Source: Diplonema japonicum
Lineage: Eukaryota; Protista; Euglenozoa: Diplonemea
DNA length: 64,000 bases
Direction of reading: 5' to 3'
NCBI GenBank assembly: GCA_964019335.1
Contig: OZ025679.1
Span: 496,001 to 560,000, forward strand
Shown here piece by piece: positions 44,757 to 55,315 of this stretch (position 1 is its first letter; every line of letters starts with the position of its first letter). Below the pieces are notes generated by a model. The model had not been told where the DNA came from. It saw only the letters and a list, made by a program, of their open reading frames with translations, and did no database searches. The position numbers and the translations under genes were made by a program.

Positions 44757-47700
44757 ATGGATGATGCAGAGCAGAATTGGTATGAGATAAAGCTGCCTGC
44801 TAAGAAGCTCAGCCTCCGTGAGCAGGTACGCGGCAGTGACAGCCTCGATGCGATCAGCACTTATGTTTCAGAAGCGAAGGGAGTTTATAACAGGAGATGT
44901 GCAGGGAAGAAATCAGGGGCGGCGGGAGATGCGAAGTGGTTGGATCAGATGACAAAGGAGGGTACCACACACGATAGGATCGCCGCCATCACGATGCAGC
45001 TGTCATCTCCGAAGAAGCTGCCGAACAGCCTGCAGCTACTGTCCGATCTCGTGAGCATGTGTGGAAGGTCCGGGCACTCCAGTAGGAAAGCAACAGACGC
45101 TCTCATTGAGCTCTTCACGGAAAAGATCATGCCGCCTGACAGGAAGTTGAAGCCCATTACCACAAGAAACTTCAAGGAGCTGCCTGACAGCATGAAAGAC
45201 AGAGAGCAGGTGCTGTTCTTCTGGCAAGTCGAGGACGTCATCAAAGCGCAGTTCTCGAAGTTCCTTGAAATTCTCAGAGAAGGCACGAACAGCTCTGTTG
45301 AGTCTGTGAAAGGGTACTGCATCAAGGCCATCTACCTGCTCCTCACAAAGGTTCCTGAAGAGGAAAGATCGCTTCTCACGTTGCTTGTCAACAAGCTCGG
45401 CGACATCGTACCAAAGATGGCAACGCGTGCGGTGCACTACCTTCTGCAGCTGCTGCGTGACCACCCCACCATGCGAGTTGTTGTCGTGAAAGAGCTTGAG
45501 ACCTTTATGTTCAGAAAGAACAACACCCTCAAAGCTCAGCACTACGCGGTCACCATTCTCAGTCAGATCATGTTGAGCAGGGCAGACCACGAACTGCCGC
45601 AAAAACTGCTTGAATTGTACTTTGCTCTGTTCTCGAAGGCTGCCTCGACGCAGAGCTTGGACAACAGACTGGTGAACGGTATTCTCACGGGGATCAGGAG
45701 GGCCTTCCCCTTCTCGCGCCATGAGACAACGAACATGGAAAAGTACTATACACCCCTCTTCTCCATCGCAGCGGTGTCCGCGTTCCCTCACCGTGTGGCC
45801 GCTCTCACCATCATCTTCCAGGTCGTCGAGAAGGGCGAGAAACAGCTGGTGCATCGCTTCTACAACTCACTCTACAACTTGGTCCTCGCATCTCCTATCA
45901 ACACACACAACATGACGGCAACGAAGCTTGCTCTCTTCTTCTCATTGCTGTACAAGGCAATCAAGTTCGACTCCGACGAGGCTCGTGTCCTCGCATTCAC
46001 GCATAGGCTGCTGCAGATCTGTCTGCAGCAGAAGCCGTCGTACGTCTGCGGTGCCTTGTTCCTGGTGAGCGAGGTCCTGAAAGAGAGACCTGATCTGCAC
46101 CCACATTTCACAAGACAGGGACCCCTTCTGCCACCGTCGATCACGGCGATGCCTGACAAGAGCAAGACAGAACAAGAAGAAGAGGAGGAAGAAGAAGAAG
46201 CCAAAGACAGCAGTGATGAGGATGAGCTTGAGGGTTTCTCTGCTGTGGCAGGTAAGGCGAAAAAGGTTGCAAGCAAGCCAGGACGTGAGGTGGTCAGGAA
46301 CAACACCATTCTGCTGTATGCAGATGACGAGCAGTACGATGCAAATGCAAGGAACCCATGTGCCTCAAGGGCAGAGGTATGTCAATTCAATAGTTCTGTT
46401 ACTACTATTAGACCGAATACGTGTGGATCATCACCAAGCTGTGCAAGCATTACCACCCTTCAGTTGCGCAGTTTGCTCATCACGTGAAGAACCTGGCGAA
46501 TATCAGCTATGAGGTATGCCGCATGACACGCAAGCACTGCATTACAGGGCGACCCGCTGGAAGACTTTACGCTGCAAGCCTTCTTGGATGCGTTCTCCTT
46601 CAAGAACCCCAAGAAGAAGCACGTCCAGACCATCAGGGACGACATGAACGCTGCGCTGAGGAGGCCCACCTCCCGTCGACAGACGCTCGTGCACGACGCT
46701 GCTGCGTTCACCGACCTGCCCGCCAGTAAGGTTGACATTCAGGACGCGTACCTGTTCAAGTACTTGAAGGGCAAACGAGACAAGATCCTGGAGCAGAAGC
46801 CCGACTCGGATTCCGAGTCTGACGCGGGGATACCTGACGAGCCGCTGCAGCAGGACAGCGACGCTGAGTCCGTGGACTCCTTCACCAAGAAGTACGTGAA
46901 GTTCAGCTATGACGACATGGACAAGGATAGGAACGTGCTGGCAGACTTGCAACAGGTATGACAGCCGTCATGATCACGTTCCTTGTAGGACCAGCTCGGT
47001 GCGACGGATGAAGCAGTGGACGCAGATGCGGTGCTGAAGGACGCGCTGAGGGGTAGGGACGCGTTGGACGACGAGAGCATCAGCGAGGGGGATCTGCCTG
47101 AGGACGACCCGAATGCCGATGACGAAGAGGAGGAGGAGAGCGAGGCGGAGCCTGACTTTGAAGGTGCCGTGAAGGCTGGTGAAGAGAACGACGAAGAGCT
47201 TGACGAAGACATGATGGCAGAAATGGACAAGGGGAGGAACATGGTCACGGCCGTGCCAGAGCTGGAAGAGGAGGCCGACGGCTCCGACATGGACGATATG
47301 GGCATGGGCATGGGCTACGATGAGAGCAGCGACGGAGACGACGATGACGATGACGATGACTCAGAAGAGCCCGTTAAGAAGAAGCGTAAGGTGGACTCAC
47401 ACAGCAGAGCTTACGACGTTACGAAAGGCAGTTTGGCCTCCGCTGGAAAGGCTGACCCTGCTGACTTCGCTTCCATCATCGAGAGCAGCAGCAAGATCGG
47501 GACATCGAAGTACGACAAGTGGCTCGACAAGCAGGACAACAGGGGGCTTGGTTTCGAGTATGTTTACTAAATAAAAGAAATGAACTAAAATCCAGGAGAC
47601 GAGGCAAGGGAAGCAAAGGTGGCAAGGGCGGTAAAGGAGGCGGCAAAGGGGGTAAAGGAGGCAAAAGCAGCAAAGGGGGCAAAGGCGGAAAAGGAGTTTC

Positions 47701-47782
47701 TGGAAAGGGTGGGAAATCATCAAAAGGTAGCAAAGGAGGCAAGGGCGGAAAGAAGGGTGGAAAGTCCGGCAAACGGAGATAG
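44757..47782 (+). CDS. MAK21: Ribosome biogenesis protein MAK21/NOC1/CEBPZ (~961 aa); exons 44757-46376, 46412-46513, 46548-46955, 46989-47557, 47596-47782
   Basis: GTTHDRIAA, LLVNKLGD, ILTGIRRAFPF and RFYNSLY motifs. Splicing restores HYHPSVAQFA and YE|GDPLEDFTLQAFLDAFSFKNPKK; acidic region, then a GGK tail. Confidence 0.9.
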
Positions 47783-48037
47783 TCATTTTCTTTTTTTCTT
47801 TTTTTCTTTTTCTTTCTTTCTTTTTTTTTCATTTCTTCCCATTCCCTTGTTCCCCTGTGTGCCAGCTTTTTCTTTTTCTATTTTCCTTGGATTTCCCCCC
47901 TCAGCCCCAACATTTCCTTCATTCTTCCCCATGTCATTAATAGCCGGGTCTTCGGAGTCACCGTGGCCATCATGATCATACGTGTTGCCCCATTGTTACC
48001 GCTATCAAACAGCTGACAGGTAAGGGAAGTAACTAAA

Positions 48038-49438
48038 ATGGACGTTTCCTACAGAGACAGGAGGCACACGGAACCCGTGGCGAGGACTAGGTATCTTTCC
48101 GATGGCTGGGGGATGCCTGAGAAGCATGACAGCATGCCTAACTTAACTGACATAATGATGCACTTTGCAGGAGAGTCCCTTGACGACAGCAAAGAAGAGG
48201 AGGAGCAGACGTTGCTAGGGAGTCCCATTCGCGAGAGTCACCTCAACAGCAACTCGGAGACATATTTCACGATGCTCAAGGCGATAATAGGGTCTGGTGT
48301 GCTATTCCTTCCTAGAGCCTTTTCCGATGGTGGAATCCTCTTTTCAACTATCTTTGAGAATATTATTGCTTTTATCACAGGCTACTGCATCATCCTTGTC
48401 ATCAACAGCAGGGGGGACAGCAGGTTTTCCTACGCAGAGCTAGGCGAAGAGGCGTACGGTGCGCCATGCAAGCTTCTCGTGCAGTTTGCATTGATCAGCT
48501 TCCAGCTTGGGTTAGTCGTTTCGTACTTTATCTTCGTCTCTGACACCGTTATAAATCTCATTCGTGATTTTTTCGAGTGCAGCTCGTGGTCTATGGCCCT
48601 CGGCCCTGCCACTGTCATACCGATCATATGCTTAATACAGATACCTGTTGCGTGCTTACGCAACCTCAAGCAGCTTGCGATATTCACTAAGATCGCAAAC
48701 GCTTGTATCGTAGTCGGCATTGTTCTGATCGTCATCACGTGCTTTAAAACCACTTTGAACACCACCCCCACCGTTACTATTTTCAACCCCCCCACAGCCG
48801 CTCTCTTTGTGGGGACATCCGTGCTTTCTTTTGAAGGTGTCGCCCTCATGATCCCTATAAAGGAGAGCATGCGAAATCCAGAAGACTTCAACAAGGTGCT
48901 AGTCTATTCTGTGTCCAGTGTGTGCGTCTTGTACACCACGATTGGCTTGCTTGGCGCTCTAGCGTTCGGGAGCTCGGTGCAGCAGAACATCCTGCTCAGT
49001 ATTGGTGCAAAAGGTCCCATTTCACACATCGTCTCAGTCTTATACTCTATCGCCATCCTGTGCTCGCTACCGTTACAAGCGTTTCCTGCCTACAGGGCTG
49101 TAGAGAAGGCTATGGGGATCCCATCTGGGAAGCAAAGCACCGCTGCAAAGTGGACGAAGAACTGTGTGAGGACGAGTATCCTAATAGCCCTGGCAACTGC
49201 AGCTGTGAGAATGCATGCATACCTGCATTACATTGTGGCGGTCATTGGTGGCGTGTCAGGCGTTACTATTAGCTTCACGCTGCCAGCTTTTATTAACAGC
49301 CGATTGCGTGGCGACCAGCCCCTCATAGACGGCTTTCTGATAATCACGGGCGTTGCGTTGTCCATCCTCGTCACAAGCACTGCCGTTTATGACTGGATGA
49401 CAAGCATGCCACCAGCACCCCCAGTGTGCATTCCTTGA
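48038..49438 (+). CDS. Amino acid/auxin permease (AAAP; SLC36/Avt3-like) transporter
   Basis: LKAIIGSGVLFLPRAF, SYAELG and SFEGVALMIPIKESMRNPEDF motifs; about 11 hydrophobic segments. Confidence 0.92.
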   Translation: MDVSYRDRRHTEPVARTRYLSDGWGMPEKHDSMPNLTDIMMHFAGESLDDSKEEEEQTLLGSPIRESHLNSNSETYFTMLKAIIGSGVLFLPRAFSDGGILFSTIFENIIAFITGYCIILVINSRGDSRFSYAELGEEAYGAPCKLLVQFALISFQLGLVVSYFIFVSDTVINLIRDFFECSSWSMALGPATVIPIICLIQIPVACLRNLKQLAIFTKIANACIVVGIVLIVITCFKTTLNTTPTVTIFNPPTAALFVGTSVLSFEGVALMIPIKESMRNPEDFNKVLVYSVSSVCVLYTTIGLLGALAFGSSVQQNILLSIGAKGPISHIVSVLYSIAILCSLPLQAFPAYRAVEKAMGIPSGKQSTAAKWTKNCVRTSILIALATAAVRMHAYLHYIVAVIGGVSGVTISFTLPAFINSRLRGDQPLIDGFLIITGVALSILVTSTAVYDWMTSMPPAPPVCIP

Positions 49439-49662
49439 ACCCCTTTCGTGTTTCTTCTTAAGGTACAATAATTTTCTTTTACTTCTACGAAAGGATAGGT
49501 GCAGGTAGAAGATGAGAACAAGGGGGCGTCTCACAAAGACTTCCTTTAACTCATATATTTACTTTGAGTTTTATTTATTTCAAACAATAGAACGTAAGTC
49601 CTATGTTGGTTCCATATCCTCTGCACATGTCCTCATTGTACCCTCTACAGGTAGAACAAACT

Positions 49663-51483
49663 ATGAACGAAGTGAAAAAGAAGAATGCGGAAGAACCGCA
49701 ATCAGAGAGAATGATCGTCGTGGTGCGTGTGAGGGTGTTAACTGAGAGGGAGAGGAAGCTGTGTGCCGTGCGGTACCCACACAGGATACAGATGGGGTAC
49801 CAATGCTTGGAGTGCTCGGGGAACGATATCATTGCCTATGATCCTGACAGCCCAGCCACGAGCAGCAACGGGAGACGGTACTCTTTTGACAATGTTTTTG
49901 ACGCACAAGCCACAAATGAGGAAGTTTACCGAGCCACAGTACAGCCACTTCTCCCTGGCCTCCTAGAGGGGTACAATGCTACATGTTTTGCTTACGGCAT
50001 GACGGGCGCAGGAAAGACCTTCACTATGATGGGAAACGACCGCGTGAAGGGCCTCTGCTACATGGCTGTCGAGGACCTCTTTCCTCGCATCGAGGAGCGC
50101 GGCGGTGATTCCGCGGTCCACGCTAGCTACCTGGAGATCTACAACGAGAAGGTGAAGGACCTGTTGAGCAAGGATGACAACAGGCGGCACGACATTGTCG
50201 AAGACCCCCATCGAGGCGTCATCGTTACTGACCTAGCTGAGTACCTGGTGACTAACTTACAAGACTTGCACACCCTGATGGCCCTCGGATGTGAAAAGCG
50301 CACACGTGCCTCTACAGCCTCAAATGTGGTGTCATCGCGCTCGCACGCCATCCTACTCATCACAGTGCGGCATCAGTCAGGCGAGAACGAGAGGGTTCTC
50401 TCCATGGGTAAGCTAGCGCTGATTGATCTTGCAGGAAGCGAACGAGCTGGTTCTGGCGACAATCCGCGGGGGGTCAGGATGCAAGAGGGTGCAAACATCA
50501 ACAAGTCTCTTTTGGCTTTGGGGAACTGCATCACTATCCTGGGGAGTTCAGGGAAAGACCGCAAACACGTTCCCTACCGAGACTCAAAATTGACGCGTCT
50601 TTTGAAGGACTCACTCGGCGGGAACACCAGAACAGTCATGATAGGCAACACATCACCTTCGTCGACGTGCTACGAGGAAATGATATCCACGCTGAAATAC
50701 GCGTCACGTGCTCGTAACATCTCACGAACTGTGACAAGAAATGCTATCACAGTGGACCCTGCGCACCCGCCGAAGGGGAGCCACCCTGCTTTGGACGTAC
50801 TGAAGACGGACGTCGCGCAACTCCGCACGCAGTTGATGGTGCAGCGTTGTGAGCGAGAGGGGATTGGCTTTGTCCGAAGCGCGGACACGTGCTTCGCCCC
50901 CATCACGCGAAGTCACACGATGCAGCAGCACCCTTCAAGGCCAGACTTATCGCCTGTTAAGAGTATGGTCGAGTCTTGCAGACACATCCTGACTTCTTTG
51001 GACCACCCCGAGGCACACACCACTCGGCCGCGACAGGAGGCAGCTGTCAAGAGCAGCGACGCCACGCAGCCGTACCAAATAAGCTACAGCAGCACTGTTA
51101 CCGCGGTGCAAGGGCTGTCTGCGGAAGAATACGAAAGAATTGAGAATATACTAAATAGACATAAAAGGGTAGAAGGAGAGAAGGAGAAAGAAGAACAAGA
51201 GAAGCCAAAGAAGACTTCCAGATGGAGAGAGAACAGCATGGTAGTGAAGAAAAAAGGTTCATGGAGGACGGCTACTTCACTCCCGACTGAGAGCCCTGAG
51301 GGAACTAGCAAGCGGGTAGCTGAGGTGTGTGTTGTGATTCCCCTTTAAACAAAACAACAGACCATCGCATCACTGTCGTCGCCAACTACCAGCCAACCGC
51401 ATACCGCGCGAGGCTACGGAGTGCAAGACACCAGCAGGGACCGTAGGTGCATGATCCAAGACACAGTAGTGCTGTTCCCGTAG
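49663..51483 (+). CDS. Kinesin motor protein, kinesin-8 (KIF18/KIF19)-like; exons 49663-51324 and 51361-51483
   Basis: GYNATCFAYGMTGAGKT, SSRSHA, IDLAGSER and HVPYRDSKLTRLLKDSLGGNTRT motifs; 36-nt terminal intron. The subfamily is inferred. Confidence 0.9.
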
Positions 51484-51619
51484 ATTGTCACGTTGTTATA
51501 CTAGACTATTAGATTTACTGTATCATTCGTAGATTTTACTTTTTTTTAGTATCTTGCTTCTTCCTTCCTTCCTCACCTCAGCCCACAGGGTCCCACAGCA
51601 TGAAGCGTGCAATCTGAAC

Positions 51620-53644
51620 ATGCTGCGCAGCTATAGGCTCCCCGTCACGGGCACTGGCTTGGGTTTCAGTGTAGCCAACAAAAGCGGTACTGTGGTGGTG
51701 ACAAGTGTTCTGCATGGCAGTAAAGCAGCCTCGCGGGGTGTGTATCCCAACTCTCTTATACGGTTCGTGAATCAAAGGACCGTGGGCAGCTTGCGTGAGT
51801 ACCGGGAACTCATTGCGGGGAGTAATGAAGTGCTACTCGAGATGCAGCCACCGTCGGATGAGTATTCAGAGAGCCTCTTAGTGAGGTATATGTTGTTCAT
51901 ACAGCCAGCAGGTAAGGTGAAGGTTACGTTCGTGGTTACAAAACAGTACATCACCCTGTACGTTGGGCGGCACGAGGTATACCGGCAGCTTACCATCAAG
52001 GAAATTGAGGAAGTGACCTCAGTACTTGCGAATGACTCGAGCATCATAGTCCTGAAGCTGCAGGGCGAGGGCGCAGGCAACGAGGTGCTGCTCTCGGAAG
52101 ATGCCGACGAGAGGAACCCTCCTGGGGGAAGTGTGGATGTACCTGAGTTTGTAAACAATCTGATGTTCATTGATGCACGGAGTGCCTCCTCTGGCAGCCA
52201 TGCAAGCAATGGTAGCCGACGTGTAAGCGCTGGAGGGGCAAGCAAGATCAGCGTACCATGTGCCCCGTCGAGCCACTCAAGTCGACACAGCACTCATCCC
52301 AGCCGTCAGGGTACCAACCACCCTCGCAGTCCCCGCAGCACCCACAGCATAGTGCACGTGCACCCAACATCGTATCCATTTGTCCCGAGCAACCACTCAT
52401 CCCACGTGAGCAGCCACCACGACGATGGCCCCTTCGACCCCTTCCCAGCACGTTCCGTAAGTGCCGCCAGTTCAATGACAGAAGGAGCTTCCGTCCACTC
52501 CACAGATGATGACCTTCCACAGCTCACTGTCTTCGACCTTTCCCCTGAGTACAATCCCATCAAGCCGTTGATCAAAAAGAATGGTGGTGCCTTGTTGCAC
52601 TTTGCAGCCCTGTGCCGGAAGATGCCTGGCGGCTCAGACACACGTATCCTGCTTGTAACGGACAAGGCACTTTACGTTTGGCTGAACAATGGAAAAGCTT
52701 CCCGCTGCCTTCCGTTCAGGGCAATCACCGAAGTCCTTATTACAAGGGAGAATCTTATAGGGTTACGAGTACACAAGGATTACGACCACGATCTGCTGGT
52801 GAAGCTCCTGGATAACACACCCAGGCAGCTGTGTAACACTCTATCATTGTTAGTTCCCTCGCTTCCCTTTAGAGATTTGGGGAAGACAAGCCTTGAGGCG
52901 GTGAAAGAGAAGATGTGGCTGAAGAAGAGCGTTGAGTGGCGAATGGCATCAAGCATGGTGCTCCCCTTTACGTATAGGTGTGTCACCGCACAAACTTGCC
53001 CACCACACTACAGGAACGATCTTGTGAACGCACAGCGCTTTGGGTCCAACTCACCAGATCCTGTGGGGATGCTCGACGGTCCACGGTCGCCAGCAGGCTT
53101 GCCGTTACCTGCGACTGTTCCTTCCGTTCAAATTCCCTCACGTACCCACGCAATGTCTGTAAAGGAGATCAGTCCGAGGCGAACCGAGCAGCAAGAGCAT
53201 CTGCACCTGCAACAACAAATACAGGAACAGCAGCAGCAGCTGCAACTACTTCAGCAGCAGCTGCAACAGCAGGAGCAGCTGTCCGTGAACAATGACTTAG
53301 AAGGTCTACACCAACAGATGCAGCACCTCACGCAACAGATAGGGTGCGTGGGCACTGAGGTGAAGAAGCTTCGCATCCAGAAGCCCATCGGGACGACCGA
53401 ACTAGAATGTAAAATAGAAGCTTTAGAACATAGCATAGATGGTAAGGTTACTGGTTCGGTGGACCTCCAGCAGCGGGTCACAGCATTGGAGGACCTCCTC
53501 TACAACACAATGCAGCCTTTAGGTACAGCAAAACACTATCGAGCAGGCACCCCTGAGAGGCGGAGAGGGGCAGTGGGTGTTTGCAGTGACTCAAAAGTGA
53601 TGTATATGAGAGTGCCGCCGGCCAAACGATCCAACCACATGTAA
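51620..53644 (+). CDS. PDZ-like plus PH-like domain(s) and poly-Q/coiled-coil protein
   Basis: GLGFSV...VTSVLHGSKA...FVNQ is PDZ-like; RILLVTDKALY...RCLPFRAITEV...YDHDLLV is PH-like. Probable in-frame 36-nt intron 52978-53013. Confidence 0.65.
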   Translation: MLRSYRLPVTGTGLGFSVANKSGTVVVTSVLHGSKAASRGVYPNSLIRFVNQRTVGSLREYRELIAGSNEVLLEMQPPSDEYSESLLVRYMLFIQPAGKVKVTFVVTKQYITLYVGRHEVYRQLTIKEIEEVTSVLANDSSIIVLKLQGEGAGNEVLLSEDADERNPPGGSVDVPEFVNNLMFIDARSASSGSHASNGSRRVSAGGASKISVPCAPSSHSSRHSTHPSRQGTNHPRSPRSTHSIVHVHPTSYPFVPSNHSSHVSSHHDDGPFDPFPARSVSAASSMTEGASVHSTDDDLPQLTVFDLSPEYNPIKPLIKKNGGALLHFAALCRKMPGGSDTRILLVTDKALYVWLNNGKASRCLPFRAITEVLITRENLIGLRVHKDYDHDLLVKLLDNTPRQLCNTLSLLVPSLPFRDLGKTSLEAVKEKMWLKKSVEWRMASSMVLPFTYRCVTAQTCPPHYRNDLVNAQRFGSNSPDPVGMLDGPRSPAGLPLPATVPSVQIPSRTHAMSVKEISPRRTEQQEHLHLQQQIQEQQQQLQLLQQQLQQQEQLSVNNDLEGLHQQMQHLTQQIGCVGTEVKKLRIQKPIGTTELECKIEALEHSIDGKVTGSVDLQQRVTALEDLLYNTMQPLGTAKHYRAGTPERRRGAVGVCSDSKVMYMRVPPAKRSNHM

Positions 53645-53705
53645 CTGTATAGTTGTTTTATTCTTCTTTGTGAATCTTTCCTTTCTAGTACCCACCACAG
53701 GGAAG

Positions 53706-54741
53706 ATGTCTGGCACTCAAGCACCGTCCTTCGAGGCAGATATCACCAGGAACAGGAAGAAGGTGGTATGGCGGAAGGAGGAGTGCGATAGGCACGAGAT
53801 GACGATGCGCGACAAGGAAGCTGCAGGGTACTGGCTGATCTCCATGCCTGAGCATGTGGGGAAGATGCTGGCTAGCAGGGGACCAGGTGCGAGGCCGAGG
53901 GGAATCATGAAGATATGTAAGTCAAGGAAACAGGGGAAGAAGGAGTGCATGATGCATGTAAGGTTTGAAGGGGAAGGCGTGCTGCCCGTGCGGCACTGTC
54001 AGATGTGCGGTCTTGCCGATGACTCGCATGGCACGAAGCTATGCTGCAAGCAGAAGGCGGTTCCTTGGTGCTCTTTTGATTCTCTGCCGTATTGCGAATA
54101 CTGTGGAACAAGGCTGATAGGAGCGCAGCAATGCCATGAGTGCAAAACGGTGGAGGTGCAGCTGCTGATGAGTACCCAGCCAGCCGACAGACCGCTGATT
54201 GGGATTACGGCGGCGAAAACGGATAAGTCATACAGCTACGAGCTGGACAAGACGCCTGTGAATGACCGGCTGGACATGGTGGTCCCTGAGGTGCTGAGTA
54301 GTGCGGGGGTGCAGAAGATGGTGATCATGAAGAAGACGTGGAAGTGCTCTGACTGTGGAACGGCGACGCAGGGCAAATGCGTTGTGACTGGAAAACTCCA
54401 CGAGCCGCCTGTCGAGCGCAAAACAGAGATCGAGAATGAGGAGTACGAGCGCATCGACGAGGAGCTGGACTTCAAGTTCACGAAGCGCCCAGACGACGTG
54501 GTTCTCGCAAACATCGTGCGTGCCATGCAGACCGCCCCCGACAAGGTATACCCCTCGCTATGCTCACTTCATACAGAAATGGAACATCATATCTATCGGC
54601 AATGCTGCTCTCGAAAACCACAAGCAAGTGAAGTACCTTGTTGGTATGCACAGCCACCACTGCACCACCACCACAGGCAAGGTCGCCGTGAAGGTCGACG
54701 AAATGTACTACAAACTGATGCCCAAGCACCACAAGAAATAA
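53706..54741 (+). CDS. Candidate divergent TFIIF beta subunit (RAP30/Tfg2-like) with zinc-ribbon insertions; exons 53706-54545 and 54577-54741
   Basis: N-terminal YWLISMPEHV...GIMKI. After removing a 31-nt intron, the C-terminus KRPDDVVLANIVRAM...WNIISIG...VKYLV...YYKLMPKHH follows the RAP30 winged-helix pattern. The gene model is better supported than the family call. Confidence 0.5.
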
Positions 54742-55208
54742 GAATAAAGATAGCCGTTGAAAGGGTCATCTCCCTTCTATCTATGCACAGCATTTTGTAC
54801 TGTGTTTTCCCTTTTTTATTTTTTTTTATAAACATTGCCGCGTTTTCCCAAAGGTCTTGTCAAAAGCCGTCCGTAAGACATCTGAGCTTGTTTACAATTA
54901 GTATGGATGGGTCTGGGATTGTTTGACCACTTTTTGCACTTTTCATGTTTTTTGTGACCCTGCACCCCCTGACGACCGGAGCACAAGTAGCAGTTCTACC
55001 ACAACGCGAGTGCTTTTAGTGTCTATGCTTTGAACAGCAACCTTCAATGAAACCCATTTTTAACGAGACCATGGTCCCCCATGCAAATTTGAGGGTTTTA
55101 AGTGATCCAGGTGGCCCCAAAGACCCAGTATACAATGAGAGAAATTGGGTTGGTGCTGCCCAGTTTCGGACGGGGAACGAAAAACCGAAAACCCCGATTG
55201 ACCAATGA

Positions 55209-55258
55209 CGACAATTAAGGCCGTTGGAAGACGCGACCATCCCAAGGCTGGATTGTCG
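55209..55258. promoter_or_regulatory. Imperfect stem-loop ~60 nt upstream of the GcvT-like gene
   Basis: CGACAAT (55209-55215) pairs with ATTGTCG (55252-55258); inner GCC-TTGG/CCAAGGC arms. Confidence 0.35.
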
Positions 55259-55315
55259 GCGAGTATGTATTTACACTGCAGTTTCACCGTTTGCTCTTAA
55301 CACACATATCACAAA

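Noticed and set aside
55081-55210. Octamer ATGCAAAT and CCAAT/TGACG-like motifs
   Set aside because: Short motifs expected by chance; no evidence that the cognate factors exist in this lineage.
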